Source: a bacterium (GTDB taxonomy: Bacteria > SAR324 > JACQKK01). From it: 64,000 bases of DNA. Each line of letters starts with the position of its first letter. The stretch's first letter is position 1. The position numbers and the translations under genes are program-made. This document shows, piece by piece, positions 49,377-59,826 of the stretch. The stretch is from the NCBI GenBank assembly GCA_965240465.1, contig OZ251219.1, positions 224,001 to 288,000 of the forward strand. The letters are read 5' to 3'. The notes beneath the pieces are model-generated. The model was not told the origin of the DNA. It searched no databases and saw only the letters and a program-made list of their open reading frames with translations.

Positions 49377-50591
49377 ATGAAAGACGTAATTTACATGGAT
49401 AACCATTCCACCACCCAGATGGATGAGAGGGTGTTAGAGGTTATGTTGCCTTATTTCAGCCAGTATTTTGGCAATGCGGCGAGCCGTAACCATGGTTTTG
49501 GCTGGGAGGCAGAAGAAGCTGTAGATGCGGCTCGTAGACAGATTTCTAATTTAGTAGGAGCTGAGGAGAGGGAGGTTATTTTCACTAGTGGTGCTACCGA
49601 ATCTAACAATTTAGCAATTATTGGAGTAGCGGAATTTTACCGAGAGAAGGGCAATCACATCATCACCAGCCCTATTGAGCACAAGGCGGTTTTGGACACC
49701 TGCCTGATGCTGGAGAGTAAAGGCTTTCAGATCACCTATTTGAAGGTAGATTCTGATGGTTGCATAGGCCTGGATCAGTTGCGGGACGCCATAACCGATA
49801 AGACCATACTAGTCACGCTGATGGCGGCTAATAACGAGATTGGGACTTTGCATCCTCTTAAGGAGATTGGTCAGTTATGCCGTGAGCGTGGTGTTCTTTT
49901 CCATACTGATGCTACTCAGGGGGTAGGACACATGGAGCTTGATGTAGAGAGTATGTGCCTTGATTTGGTTTCTTTTACGGCTCACAAGATTTATGGGCCT
50001 AAGGGTATAGGAGCGTTATATGTTAGGAGGCGAAAGCCTCGGGTTCGCCTTACTCCGCTTATTTTGGGTGGTGGTCATGAGCGAGGCATGCGTTCTGGTA
50101 CTTTGAATGTGCCGGGCATTGTGGGATTTGGCAAAGCAGCGGAGTTAATTTGTCAAGAATCTCAGCAGGAGAAGGATAGGCTGATCGGATTAAGAGACTA
50201 TCTTCACAAAAGTCTAAATGAGGAATTAGGGGATCTCAAGCTAAACGGACACCCCACTCAAAGACACCCTGGCAACCTCAATTTAAGTTTTGCTTATGTT
50301 GAGGGTGAAAGTCTGCTAATGGGCATCAGTGATATTGCTGTTTCTTCTGGTTCTGCTTGTACTTCGGCTAGTTTAGAGCCTTCTTATGTGTTGCAGGCTT
50401 TGGGGGTAGGCGAAGAATTAGCACATTCTTCCATCCGTTTTGGGCTGGGTCGTTTTACCACTCAAGAAGAGGTAGACTATGTAATCAAGAGGGTAGCTGC
50501 AGAAGTCATCAAGTTACGCGAAATGTCACCTCTATATGAAATGGCACAAGAAGGCATTGACCTCAGCACCGTACAATGGAAATCCCACTAG
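49377..50591 (+). CDS. iscS: Cysteine desulfurase
   Basis: [40 protein letters not shown] and [17 protein letters not shown]. Confidence 0.97.
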   Translation: MKDVIYMDNHSTTQMDERVLEVMLPYFSQYFGNAASRNHGFGWEAEEAVDAARRQISNLVGAEEREVIFTSGATESNNLAIIGVAEFYREKGNHIITSPIEHKAVLDTCLMLESKGFQITYLKVDSDGCIGLDQLRDAITDKTILVTLMAANNEIGTLHPLKEIGQLCRERGVLFHTDATQGVGHMELDVESMCLDLVSFTAHKIYGPKGIGALYVRRRKPRVRLTPLILGGGHERGMRSGTLNVPGIVGFGKAAELICQESQQEKDRLIGLRDYLHKSLNEELGDLKLNGHPTQRHPGNLNLSFAYVEGESLLMGISDIAVSSGSACTSASLEPSYVLQALGVGEELAHSSIRFGLGRFTTQEEVDYVIKRVAAEVIKLREMSPLYEMAQEGIDLSTVQWKSH

Positions 50592-50628
50592 TTAACCCCC
50601 CAGCCTAGTGACTTTGCCCTTATATATG

Positions 50629-50637
50629 TGTTATAAT
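50629..50637 (+). promoter_or_regulatory. Extended -10 promoter upstream of iscU
   Basis: Perfect TGTTATAAT in the iscS-iscU gap. Confidence 0.55.
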
Positions 50638-50707
50638 CTGTTGCGTTTTATTTTTACCTAGTTTTTTTATCCCCCCTTTGTTAAACCCTTTATTAGAGAA
50701 TATTCCC

Positions 50708-51091
50708 ATGGCTTATAGCGAAAAAGTGCTTGACCACTATAAAAACCCCCGCAATGTGGGCAGTTTTGACAAAAATGACAAAGATACTGGCACCGGAATC
50801 GTAGGAGCACCCGAATGCGGCGATGTCATGAAACTACAAATTAAGGTGAACAATGGACACATTGTAGAAGCCTGCTTCAAAACCTTTGGCTGTGGTAGTG
50901 CTATCGCCAGTTCCAGCCTAGCCACCGAGTGGTTACAAGGCAAAAGCCTAGCCGAGGCCAACAACATCAAAAACACCGATATCGTAGCAGAACTATCCTT
51001 GCCACCAGTAAAAATACACTGCTCGGTCTTGGCAGAAGATGCTATCAAATCGGCGATCGCTGATTATAAGAAAAAGGTAGCCTCTTCTTAA
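50708..51091 (+). CDS. iscU: Fe-S cluster scaffold
   Basis: MAYSEKVLDHY.NPRNVG, APECGDVM, FGCGSAIASSS and LPPVKIHCS. Confidence 0.97.
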   Translation: MAYSEKVLDHYKNPRNVGSFDKNDKDTGTGIVGAPECGDVMKLQIKVNNGHIVEACFKTFGCGSAIASSSLATEWLQGKSLAEANNIKNTDIVAELSLPPVKIHCSVLAEDAIKSAIADYKKKVASS

Positions 51092-51104
51092 TCTCGGGAC
51101 CACT

Positions 51105-51671
51105 ATGCCTTCTACAGCAACGAACTCATTTGCTCTGTTTGGCTTACCTCAGCAATATCAACTGGATCGCCAAAAGCTGGAAGAATGTTACCGACAGGAG
51201 AGCTTCCAATCTCACCCCGATTTGGCCGCTGATGACCCCCAAGCCCAACAAATAGCCCTAGAACGCACTGCACTTGTCAACCAAGCCTTCCAAACCCTCA
51301 GCGACGATACCAAACGAGCCCAATTACTGCTCACCCTGTTGTTGGAAGACCGCTCGCTGGAAACAGACCAGCTCCCACCGGGCTTCTTGCAGGAAATGTT
51401 TGCCTTGCAAGAACAAACCGATGAACTACTCAGTCAAGAGTCTGATCCAGCCGTATCCTCAGAGGAAAAACAAACTAGCCAAACCTTGCAAGAACAAACC
51501 GAAGCCCGACGCGATAAGTTACTCCAACAGCGTAACCAGTTATTTACAATGGCATCTGCCAGTACTCCGTCCTCACTGGAGGTGCTCCAGTCTATTCAGA
51601 ATAACCTTAATTGTGAACGCTATCTCAACCGATTGATTTTCAACCTGAAAGGCAAAGAAACAGACCTGTAG
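51105..51671 (+). CDS. hscB: Co-chaperone HscB
   Basis: FALFGL, J-domain HPD and NQAFQTL..RA..L, FL.E motif. ISC context. Confidence 0.88.
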   Translation: MPSTATNSFALFGLPQQYQLDRQKLEECYRQESFQSHPDLAADDPQAQQIALERTALVNQAFQTLSDDTKRAQLLLTLLLEDRSLETDQLPPGFLQEMFALQEQTDELLSQESDPAVSSEEKQTSQTLQEQTEARRDKLLQQRNQLFTMASASTPSSLEVLQSIQNNLNCERYLNRLIFNLKGKETDL

Positions 51672-51680
51672 GATCTGACC

Positions 51681-53591
51681 ATGACTTCCACATCTTCCCC
51701 AGACAGGCACACAGGAACACCACCCACCCAAGAAGCAAAACCGTCTCCTACTAATCAAAACACAGCTCAACCTCCAGCCCCAGGGTCAGTGATCGGCATT
51801 GATTTAGGAACTACCAATAGCTTGGCCGCGGCGGTATTTCCTCATGGAGCGGAAACTCTGGGTACCAAGGATAATGGAGCCATTGTGCCTTCTGTTTTGT
51901 GTAGGAGGAATGGTAGCTGGATAGTGGGTCAGGCTGCACAGGCATTAGCCTCAGAGTATCCTCAGCAGACGGTATATTCGGTTAAAAGACTGATGGGCAG
52001 AGACATTCAGGATTTGCAACTGGAACTGAAAAGATTGCCCTATGCCATCAAACCTGCTCAACGAGGCTTGGTTCAAGTTCAAATAGGCAAGGAATTATTT
52101 ACTCCTCAGGAGTTATCGGCAGAGATTTTGCTGGGCGTCAAGCAGCGAGCGGAAGCATGCTTGGGAACCAAGGTAAAAAAGGTAGTTATTACCGTGCCAG
52201 CCTATTTTGATGATTCCCAGCGTCAAGCCACCCGTGATGCTGCCCGCTTGGCAGGGCTGGAAGCAGTACGCATCTTAAATGAACCTACCGCGGCTGCTAT
52301 CGCCTATGGTCTAGACCAGAAAAAAACTGGCTGGCTGGCTGTTTATGACTTAGGTGGAGGAACCTTTGATGTTTCCATCTTGCAGCTAACAAAGCAGGTT
52401 TTCAGAGTTATTGCTACCCATGGAGATACCCACCTAGGAGGAGATGATTTTGATGCCCTCTTAGCTGACTGGTTTAAGGAACAAATCCACCAGCAACACC
52501 CCCAAGCTGATACCGATTCTCCCCTGGCACGCCGCTTACTAAGCCACATAGCTGAGCTAGTAAAGATAGACTTAAGTAATTCCGATGGCACCAATTGGCA
52601 GATTAAGCTCCCGCATAAATCATCATCCATTACGGCTCAGGGGCAGATAACCCGTAGCCAATTTGAAACCTTAATTACCCCCTTAGTTAAACGCACTCTG
52701 GATTCTTTTCAATTAGCCCTCAATGTCGCCAAGTGCAAGGTGGAAGAAATAGAAGAAGTGGTCTTGGTAGGAGGAGCTTCCCGAATTCCCCTAGTGAGAA
52801 AACAAGTAGAGATCTTCTGTGGAAAACGCCCCCAACTATCCATTGACCCCGATACAGCAATCGCCATAGGAGCAGGCATTCAGGCTAATTTGTTAGCAGG
52901 AGGGCGTCGTGATTTTTTGCTACTGGATGTCATTCCCCTTTCTTTAGGGCTTGAAACCCTAGGCGGAGCCTTTAACAAGCTCATTGCTGCTAATACCAAC
53001 ATTCCTGCTCAAGCGGAAGAACTATTCACCACCCAAGTGGAAAACCAGACTGGGGTGAACATAAACATCTATCAAGGGGAACGCGAACTGGTGAAGGATT
53101 GTCGTAAATTAGGTCGTTTTAACCTATCTGGTATTCCTCCTATGCCCGCGGGTCTGCCAAAAATTCGGGTGCGTTTCTTGGTAGATGCCAATGGCATTCT
53201 GACCGTCTCCGCCTTGGAGGAACGCAGTGGTCAAAAATCAGAAATAGAGGTTATCCCCTCACATGGTCTTACCCAAGCTGAGATAGACCGAATGATGGAA
53301 GAATCTTTTAGCCACTCCCAAAAAGATATGCAAGAACGCCTGATGATAGATTTTAGTAACACCGCCCAAGCGGTCTTACGAGGAATTGAGAAATCATGGC
53401 ACCAAGCCGAAAAATTGTTGTCCAAAAAGGATGCCGAAATCCTACGCCAACAAGTACAAACAGTCAAGGATGCCCTACAGGGTACCGACCCCATGCTACT
53501 ACGCCGAGCACTAGATACCCTCGGCGAAACAACCCGTCCCTTAGCCGATGAAATCTTCAGCCAAGCAGCCACAAAAAATCTGCTTTCTTAG
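51681..53591 (+). CDS. hscA: Fe-S assembly Hsp70 chaperone HscA
   Basis: IGIDLGTTNSL, DLGGGTFDVS and LLDVIPLSLGLET. ISC context. Confidence 0.92.
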   Translation: MTSTSSPDRHTGTPPTQEAKPSPTNQNTAQPPAPGSVIGIDLGTTNSLAAAVFPHGAETLGTKDNGAIVPSVLCRRNGSWIVGQAAQALASEYPQQTVYSVKRLMGRDIQDLQLELKRLPYAIKPAQRGLVQVQIGKELFTPQELSAEILLGVKQRAEACLGTKVKKVVITVPAYFDDSQRQATRDAARLAGLEAVRILNEPTAAAIAYGLDQKKTGWLAVYDLGGGTFDVSILQLTKQVFRVIATHGDTHLGGDDFDALLADWFKEQIHQQHPQADTDSPLARRLLSHIAELVKIDLSNSDGTNWQIKLPHKSSSITAQGQITRSQFETLITPLVKRTLDSFQLALNVAKCKVEEIEEVVLVGGASRIPLVRKQVEIFCGKRPQLSIDPDTAIAIGAGIQANLLAGGRRDFLLLDVIPLSLGLETLGGAFNKLIAANTNIPAQAEELFTTQVENQTGVNINIYQGERELVKDCRKLGRFNLSGIPPMPAGLPKIRVRFLVDANGILTVSALEERSGQKSEIEVIPSHGLTQAEIDRMMEESFSHSQKDMQERLMIDFSNTAQAVLRGIEKSWHQAEKLLSKKDAEILRQQVQTVKDALQGTDPMLLRRALDTLGETTRPLADEIFSQAATKNLLS

Positions 53592-53685
53592 GAGTATACA
53601 TTGCTAATGTATGCTTGCTAATCTTAAGCCGTCCGCAAAACTAATGCCGAATTAATTGTCAAATACTCGTTGGAGCTAATCATCT

Positions 53686-53898
53686 ATGAGCTTAAAATGG
53701 ACTGACATTGAAGATATTGGAATCTTGCTACATGAGCGTGAACCTCAGCTTGACCCGCTGACGGTTCGCTTTACGGATTTGCGAGACAAGATCTTGGCCC
53801 TACCAGATTTCCAAGAAGCAACCGCTTCTCTAAACGAGAAAAAACTGGAAGCCATCCAGATGGCATGGTATGAGGAATACCAAGAATCCAAGGAATAG
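53686..53898 (+). CDS. iscX: Fe-S assembly protein IscX
   Basis: LKWTD..DI...L.E..P..DP..VRFTDL...LEAIQMAW. Confidence 0.93.
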   Translation: MSLKWTDIEDIGILLHEREPQLDPLTVRFTDLRDKILALPDFQEATASLNEKKLEAIQMAWYEEYQESKE

Positions 53899-53931
53899 CT
53901 AAGCTGATTTCACCTACAAGCTGACCAAAAT

Positions 53932-55407
53932 CTAAAGCGGCTTCCAGTTAAGTACGAACTCAGTTAGGGTTGCTACCCCTACTCCAGTGGCTCCTGTGTC
54001 AGGAATATGTCCGATATTTTGTACATCCCAAGCAGTGCCAGCGATATCCAAGTGTACCCAAGGAGTTTCTTTGATGAACCTTTTGAGGAATAAGCCAGCC
54101 GTGATGGCACCAGCATATCTTCCACCAATGTTTTGAATATCTGCATATTTGCTTTTAAGATCCAGCTCATATTCGGGAAATGATGGCAAAGGACAAATCC
54201 CCTCACCAGCACGTTTGCTAGCATCAATTACTTGTTTTTGGAGGGGTTTGGAATTAGTTACCAGCCCGCTGGCATAATTTCCCAAAGCTACCAGACATGA
54301 CCCCGTGAGGGTAGCGAGGTCTATAATGGCAGCTGGTTTGAATTTTTTTACAGTCCAAGCTAGGGCATCTGCCAGAATCAAGCGTCCTTCGGCATCTGTA
54401 TTGAGGATTTCCACCGTGGTTCCATCGCAGCCAGTATGAATATCACCGGGTTTGGTAGCTTGACCACCGGGCATGTTTTCAACGGATGGTACTACAAAAA
54501 CTACATTAACCTTGGGCTTAAGCTGAGCGATCACCTCCATTGCTCCAAATACCGCCGCAGCTCCGCACATATCATATTTCATTTCGTCCATTTTTGCACC
54601 GGGCTTGAGGGAAATACCACCTGAGTCAAAGGTAACTCCCTTGCCCACTAGTGCCAGCGTATCCTTAGCCTTGGGATAACGGTACTGAGCAACAATTAAG
54701 CAGGCTGGTTCTCGGGATCCTTGGGCGACTCCGAGTAGGAGTTCCATTTTTTCTTTTTTGAGTGTTTTTTCATCCATAATTCGGATGGGAAGACGATATT
54801 TTTTAGCTATTTTTTCAGCTTCTTTGGCTAGTTTTACAGGGGTAAGCACATTACCGGGCTGATTCCCTAGATCGCGAGCTAAGCAGATACCATCGGCACG
54901 CAATTGTCCTGTTTTAACCAGATTTGCTGCTTCTGGAAGAGAGGCATCAAATATTGTCAATTGCTTTAGTTTGGCATTCTTTTTGTCTTTTTCAGGAGCT
55001 TTATACTGATCAAACCGATAGCTACCTAGTACTGCTCCTTCTGCCAGAGCGCGCAGATCTTGCTTATCGAGTCCTGTGGGTGCCAGCAGTCCAGCAGAGG
55101 AGATTCCCAATTTAGCCAAGCTGTTACCAGCTACACCTGCTGCTCGCCTGAATTGTTCGGTAGTGGGTTTGGCATCCAAGCCGACCAACAACAAGCGGGA
55201 TATGCTTTTATAATCGGTGGGCAATGCTAGAACTGCTTCTTGTTTTACCTCAAAGATACCGCTCTTGATAGCTTGGGAGGCTAGTTCTTTCAGAGGGGCA
55301 GGCAATTTAGCAGGAATCTTGGGAGTACTAGCACTTTTCGTAATAAAAGCAACTAGGCACTCAGCGATTTTAGGCAACGATGAAGAGTAGGTGATTGCGG
55401 TGGACAT
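53932..55407 (-). CDS. pepA: Leucyl aminopeptidase (M17)
   Basis: VGKGVTFDSGG, MKYDMCG, NTDAEGRL and DLATLTG. Confidence 0.94.
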   Translation of the reverse strand: MSTAITYSSSLPKIAECLVAFITKSASTPKIPAKLPAPLKELASQAIKSGIFEVKQEAVLALPTDYKSISRLLLVGLDAKPTTEQFRRAAGVAGNSLAKLGISSAGLLAPTGLDKQDLRALAEGAVLGSYRFDQYKAPEKDKKNAKLKQLTIFDASLPEAANLVKTGQLRADGICLARDLGNQPGNVLTPVKLAKEAEKIAKKYRLPIRIMDEKTLKKEKMELLLGVAQGSREPACLIVAQYRYPKAKDTLALVGKGVTFDSGGISLKPGAKMDEMKYDMCGAAAVFGAMEVIAQLKPKVNVVFVVPSVENMPGGQATKPGDIHTGCDGTTVEILNTDAEGRLILADALAWTVKKFKPAAIIDLATLTGSCLVALGNYASGLVTNSKPLQKQVIDASKRAGEGICPLPSFPEYELDLKSKYADIQNIGGRYAGAITAGLFLKRFIKETPWVHLDIAGTAWDVQNIGHIPDTGATGVGVATLTEFVLNWKPL

Positions 55408-55458
55408 GTTTCTCCTTTTTAATGATCATACCAAACAGATAAAGATTTAATGGTAGCA

Positions 55459-56508
55459 CTATATTAGGGCGTATTTGCTAGTTTTAAGATGTTCTGAGGA
55501 TTTTGGTTCCAAAGAAGCAGGCAGAGGAAAGGAAACGTTTTCTTGGGTCAGCGTTAATTCTTCCACTCGGGGGTGATGAACACTGGAGAACCAAACTACC
55601 ATCTTTTGGACCACATCTTCGGGAGCAGAGGCTCCTGCCGTTATACCTACCACTTGCACATTTTTCAACCAAGCGAGTTTAATATCATGATGTGATTCCA
55701 CCAGATAGGCAGGCACACCATCCCGACGGGCAACTTCTACCAGTCTATTAGAATTGGAACTATTGGTAGATCCCACCACAAACACTACCTCAGCCGAGAG
55801 GGATAAATGCTTAACCGCATTCTGTCTATTTTGGGTAGCATAGCAAATATCATCTTTCCGAGGTGATCTTAAGACCGGAAAACGACGCTTGAGTACCTGA
55901 AGAATCTCATGGGTATCATCCAGAGATAGCGTAGTCTGAGTAAGATAAACAACTTGTTCGGGGTCTACTGCTTGTACCTGTTCGGCAGCTTGGATATCAC
56001 CTACTACCACAATATGCTCAGGAGCTACTCCTCGGGTACCTACCACTTCCACATGGTCTTCATGCCCCACTAGAAAAATAGTACGCTGCTGTGCCGAATA
56101 ATGACGGGCCTTATTATGAACCTTGGTCACCAAAGGACAAGTGGCATCCAGCACTTCTAAAGAGCGTTGCTTGGCTTGTTCATAAGCACTAGGCGGTACC
56201 CCATGGGCTGAAAATACAACTCGTGCTCCCTCAGGCACTTCTGTTAGTTCCTCTACAAACACCGCCCCCATTTTCTCCAACTGCTCCACCACATGACGAT
56301 TGTGCACAATCGCATGTTTGACGTACATCGGTGATCCAAAACGCTCTAAAGCTAGCTCCACTATCTGAATGGCTCTATCCACCCCCGCACAAAAGCCGCG
56401 AGGATTAGCCAACAGAATAGTCTTAATGTTGCCCAGTACAGACTCGAAACCAGCAGAGCAGTCATCTTCGGTAGCTATGAGATTATTTTTTCCGCCCGAG
56501 ACCACCAT
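55459..56508 (-). CDS. ispH: 4-hydroxy-3-methylbut-2-enyl diphosphate reductase (true start may be ~25 codons later)
   Basis: PRGFCAGV, DATCPLV, DICYATQNRQ, SSNSNRL and TAGASAP. Confidence 0.96.
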   Translation of the reverse strand: MVVSGGKNNLIATEDDCSAGFESVLGNIKTILLANPRGFCAGVDRAIQIVELALERFGSPMYVKHAIVHNRHVVEQLEKMGAVFVEELTEVPEGARVVFSAHGVPPSAYEQAKQRSLEVLDATCPLVTKVHNKARHYSAQQRTIFLVGHEDHVEVVGTRGVAPEHIVVVGDIQAAEQVQAVDPEQVVYLTQTTLSLDDTHEILQVLKRRFPVLRSPRKDDICYATQNRQNAVKHLSLSAEVVFVVGSTNSSNSNRLVEVARRDGVPAYLVESHHDIKLAWLKNVQVVGITAGASAPEDVVQKMVVWFSSVHHPRVEELTLTQENVSFPLPASLEPKSSEHLKTSKYALI

Positions 56509-56663
56509 TGCTATTTGTCAATACATTCATAAAAAACATTCATAAAAATTAGGGCTAGTATTTTCGTCTTGAACTAAAAGATTATCTCCCTGAATGGTAT
56601 AAATTAATTTAGCCAACCGCAAGTATAAATTCTGACCTGTATAAGTGATCCTCTTTCGGCAAT

Positions 56664-57443
56664 TTACCTCAGTTTTTTTGAGCCCTCCTGCTGAGATTTT
56701 AGCTGCTGAGATTTTAGCTGCTGCCATTTATCGCTGATGAGGGTGTGCATGGTTTGGGAGATTTCTTGTCTATTAGCAGTCTTGTATGTACTTTGCGTTT
56801 GTGCAGGATGAATATGCACCTGAACTTTATTAAAAAAACGACGACCATTATGCTCACTGCCAAAAATGGTAACTGGCAAAACCGTCAAGCCTTGTTCCAA
56901 GAACAACTGCATGCTACCCGACTTAAAAGGTTTGGGTCCTTTCCATGGTTGACGATTTCTGGTTCCTTCAGGAAAAATCACCAATACCCCCGTTCTTGAT
57001 TGACGCATATTCTCGGTGTGTTTTCGGAATCTCTCCATCGCTTGCCGAGGCTTGCTACGATCCAAGGGTAGGCATTTTAAGATTTTCATACAAGCATGTA
57101 GTAATGGAACACGATACAAGGTGTGCTTAGCCACAAACCCAATCGCAATCTTCAGGCTATATACCAAGATGGGAATATCATAGAGAGATTGATGATTAGC
57201 CACCACGATAAAAGGTTTGTAGCTGGGAATGTTCTGCTGTCCAGTAACCGAGACAGAGCAACCTGTCTGCCACAGAAGAAATTGTGCCCAGTAACGATGA
57301 GCTAAAATATCAATGGTTTTTTCTTGCTTTTGTTTATCGCGGACAAAGATCCGGTAAGTAAATGATATCGGTCGTAGTATGTTCAGGTACAAGAATTGGA
57401 TACCCAATACCAGCCAAACACGGAACAGGATTGCAACAAACAC
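56664..57443 (-). CDS. plsC: 1-acyl-sn-glycerol-3-phosphate acyltransferase
   Basis: NHQSLYD, FVAK and FPEGTR. Confidence 0.88.
   Translation of the reverse strand: MFVAILFRVWLVLGIQFLYLNILRPISFTYRIFVRDKQKQEKTIDILAHRYWAQFLLWQTGCSVSVTGQQNIPSYKPFIVVANHQSLYDIPILVYSLKIAIGFVAKHTLYRVPLLHACMKILKCLPLDRSKPRQAMERFRKHTENMRQSRTGVLVIFPEGTRNRQPWKGPKPFKSGSMQLFLEQGLTVLPVTIFGSEHNGRRFFNKVQVHIHPAQTQSTYKTANRQEISQTMHTLISDKWQQLKSQQLKSQQEGSKKLR
56688..56723. repeat. 15-bp tandem duplication at plsC 3' end
   Basis: CTGCTGAGATTTTAG x2 plus a partial copy. Encodes QQLKS repeats. Confidence 0.85.
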
Positions 57444-57498
57444 AGGCTAGCAGATAAAATGGAAGCACCCAATGAAATGCTAGGATGCTATGGCAAAT

Positions 57499-58191
57499 TT
57501 AGGACACCCTACGTAGCTTTTTGTAAATAATCGGGATAAGAGCAAATAGTCCCAACAGGGCAAAAGAACCCAGTACTGCAGGTGACAAAATATCTGCTAA
57601 TTGTTTTATTTCTCCCAGGGCACGACCAGCATTCACATAGACAAATGAACCCGGAATAATGCCAACCGCAGTGCCCAAAAAGAATACCGAAAAACGCATC
57701 GGAGTGAGTCCTGCCACTAGATTGATCAAGAAAAACGGAAATAGCGGTACCAAACGTACGAATAGTAGAAAATTGATCCCGCTCTTTTTCACACCATCAT
57801 TGATAACTTGGATCACTTTTCCTTTAGCCTTTTTCTGAACCCATTCTCCCAATAAGAAGCGAGCAAACAAAAAAGCTAATGACGCCCCAATCGTGGCTGA
57901 GATAACCACTACTACCAGCCCCACTCCCAATCCAAATAGCAACCCAGCTGCCAATGAAAACAGGGTGGTCAAGGGCAAAGCTAGTGCTGCTGAGATCACA
58001 TAAGCCAACGCAAATAGACCTGTTGCCAAAACTGGTTGAGCATCCACTGCTTGCTGAATACGAAACTGGTTGGCTACTAAGCTCTCAAAACTAAGGCTAT
58101 CTTGAGGAGCGTACAAAAACCAGGCAACCAGCACGGTAGCCACCAACAAAAGTAAGACTATTTTTATAACACGCCGAGTAGTAACAGACAT
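57499..58191 (-). CDS. TVP38/TMEM64 (VTT/DedA-superfamily) membrane protein
   Basis: AGLLFG, GASLAFLFARF, RLVPLFPFFLIN and GIIPGSFVY. Start ATG 58191. Confidence 0.88.
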   Translation of the reverse strand: MSVTTRRVIKIVLLLLVATVLVAWFLYAPQDSLSFESLVANQFRIQQAVDAQPVLATGLFALAYVISAALALPLTTLFSLAAGLLFGLGVGLVVVVISATIGASLAFLFARFLLGEWVQKKAKGKVIQVINDGVKKSGINFLLFVRLVPLFPFFLINLVAGLTPMRFSVFFLGTAVGIIPGSFVYVNAGRALGEIKQLADILSPAVLGSFALLGLFALIPIIYKKLRRVS

Positions 58192-58258
58192 AAAAACACC
58201 AATATAAAAAACAAAACACCTAAAAAAATGATAAGCCCTATAAGAAAAGCCTACCGAA

Positions 58259-58591
58259 TCAAGAATCACTAGCTTGTCTACTGGAACGATCAAGTATCAG
58301 CTTACCACGTAGCATTTTCTGGCGATAGTATTTCACATAAAAGCGACAGTGCTCCACCGTTTCTAAGTAAAATATTTCTTCCGATTTTATAAAGCCTGCC
58401 AAATCAGAGGATAATTTATAAGGCAAACTGCCTTCTTTCATTAGCAAGACACTGCCTTCTTTTACCTCCACAGATAGCCAACTACCTTTAGGAACAGTCT
58501 GCGGCTGACGCCAAGACAAAGGCAATGTGTGCTGATTATAACAAGGAGAAATATTTTCTAAAACCGCATTAAAAGGAATGGGAGAGATCAT
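58259..58591 (-). CDS. Small hypothetical protein, possibly DUF1971/YeaR-like
   Basis: The pattern TLP...KGSW..VEV.EG....RFYV.Y recalls the TehB N-terminal/DUF1971 fold. Not certain. Confidence 0.4.
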   Translation of the reverse strand: MISPIPFNAVLENISPCYNQHTLPLSWRQPQTVPKGSWLSVEVKEGSVLLMKEGSLPYKLSSDLAGFIKSEEIFYLETVEHCRFYVKYYRQKMLRGKLILDRSSRQASDS

Positions 58592-58617
58592 ATAGGCAAA
58601 CTTGCTAGTAGATTTTC

Positions 58618-59778
58618 TTATTTGCCAGTGTCTTTCTCGCCAGTGTCTTTCTTGGCAGGGTCTTTTTTGCCAGTGTCTTTTTTGGCAGGGTCTTTATCTA
58701 TCAGATCTTGAGCACTAGCGGGCAGACGCTTTATATCCCAACGGCTAAGAAGCATGGTATGCCTTAGTTGTAGCTCGTTCAACCTAGCAGCAAGTGCACG
58801 AGTATCTTCATCAGCTTCAGAAGACGCCGAGACCGATAAAACAACGGGATGCTGCATATCTTTTTTGGATGGCTTCTCATTGAAGCGTAACTCATATTGT
58901 AGACCACTAACCAAGTTCAGCTTTAATTTCATCGGAAGGCCTGGTCCTAGGCGACCTGACTTTCTCCGCCGAGTAACCTTATCCAAGCCTGCCAATTCCC
59001 AACCTCCCACCGTGCGTACCAGCTCTGAAACAGAAGAGACATCCAGGACTCCTTCTGCTCCCATCAATTGCCAAGGAGCATTATCAGCTTTCCTTTCTAA
59101 TTTAATCAAAATTTTGCCTTTGCGTTCCAGCTGCAACACCCTCAAATCCGAGTAAAAATCACCCCCGAATAAGCGTTTTTGTACCCAGTTAAAAGGAAAA
59201 TCATCCAAAATTAGATCATTTCCCGTCAGCCAAGCCGTTTCTCCATCATCCAGCCGTAAATATCTCCCCGAAAACCTGGATGCCCTACTAGTATTAGAAC
59301 GTTGCTCTCCAATGGTCAGTGTGAATAGAGGAATCCCCTCTTTATTCAATAGTTGCAACTGTTGCCCTTGCCAAAAAGATTCACTAGCATTTTCTTCCTT
59401 GGATGGCTCCATAGCATCCCCAGCCAACTCAGGTGGCCCAATTAAACCCAAAGAACTCAATATTTCTTCTCCTTCCCCTATTGAACGATCTAGAGTCAAA
59501 CGCTTAATCTGTAACAATAATTCCCGCAATTTTAATTCATCAGCCGGATAATTGCTCTGCTCACGCACCTGCCAACCCGTCTCAATACGTTCCAGATTCA
59601 CTTGCTCACCTGCAGAAACAATCACCACTCGAGCGACTTCCTCCAAGGCAACTCCTTCCAACAGATTTCCAAGGCTAGATCCTGCACCACGGTTTTGCTT
59701 CCAAACCTGCCAACCCAATATCATCAGGGACAAAGAAATCATTATTCCCACCCCTAAAACCAAGGGCTTCAATTTCAT
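58618..59778 (-). CDS. DUF4340-like periplasmic protein
   Basis: N-terminal TM, GWQV....YPAD..KL..LL, L.IG...RYLR...WL. Lies directly after the GldG-like gene. Confidence 0.75.
   Translation of the reverse strand: MKLKPLVLGVGIMISLSLMILGWQVWKQNRGAGSSLGNLLEGVALEEVARVVIVSAGEQVNLERIETGWQVREQSNYPADELKLRELLLQIKRLTLDRSIGEGEEILSSLGLIGPPELAGDAMEPSKEENASESFWQGQQLQLLNKEGIPLFTLTIGEQRSNTSRASRFSGRYLRLDDGETAWLTGNDLILDDFPFNWVQKRLFGGDFYSDLRVLQLERKGKILIKLERKADNAPWQLMGAEGVLDVSSVSELVRTVGGWELAGLDKVTRRRKSGRLGPGLPMKLKLNLVSGLQYELRFNEKPSKKDMQHPVVLSVSASSEADEDTRALAARLNELQLRHTMLLSRWDIKRLPASAQDLIDKDPAKKDTGKKDPAKKDTGEKDTGK
58621..58695. repeat. 15-bp tandem repeat x5 at gene end (KDPAK/KDTGK)
   Basis: Five units of the form YTYG(C/G)CAG(T/G)GTCTTT immediately before the stop codon. 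Confidence 0.9.
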
Positions 59779-59826
59779 TTCTCAAATATCTCCTTATCCA
59801 AAAGTACTTATCTCCTTTTCAGCATC

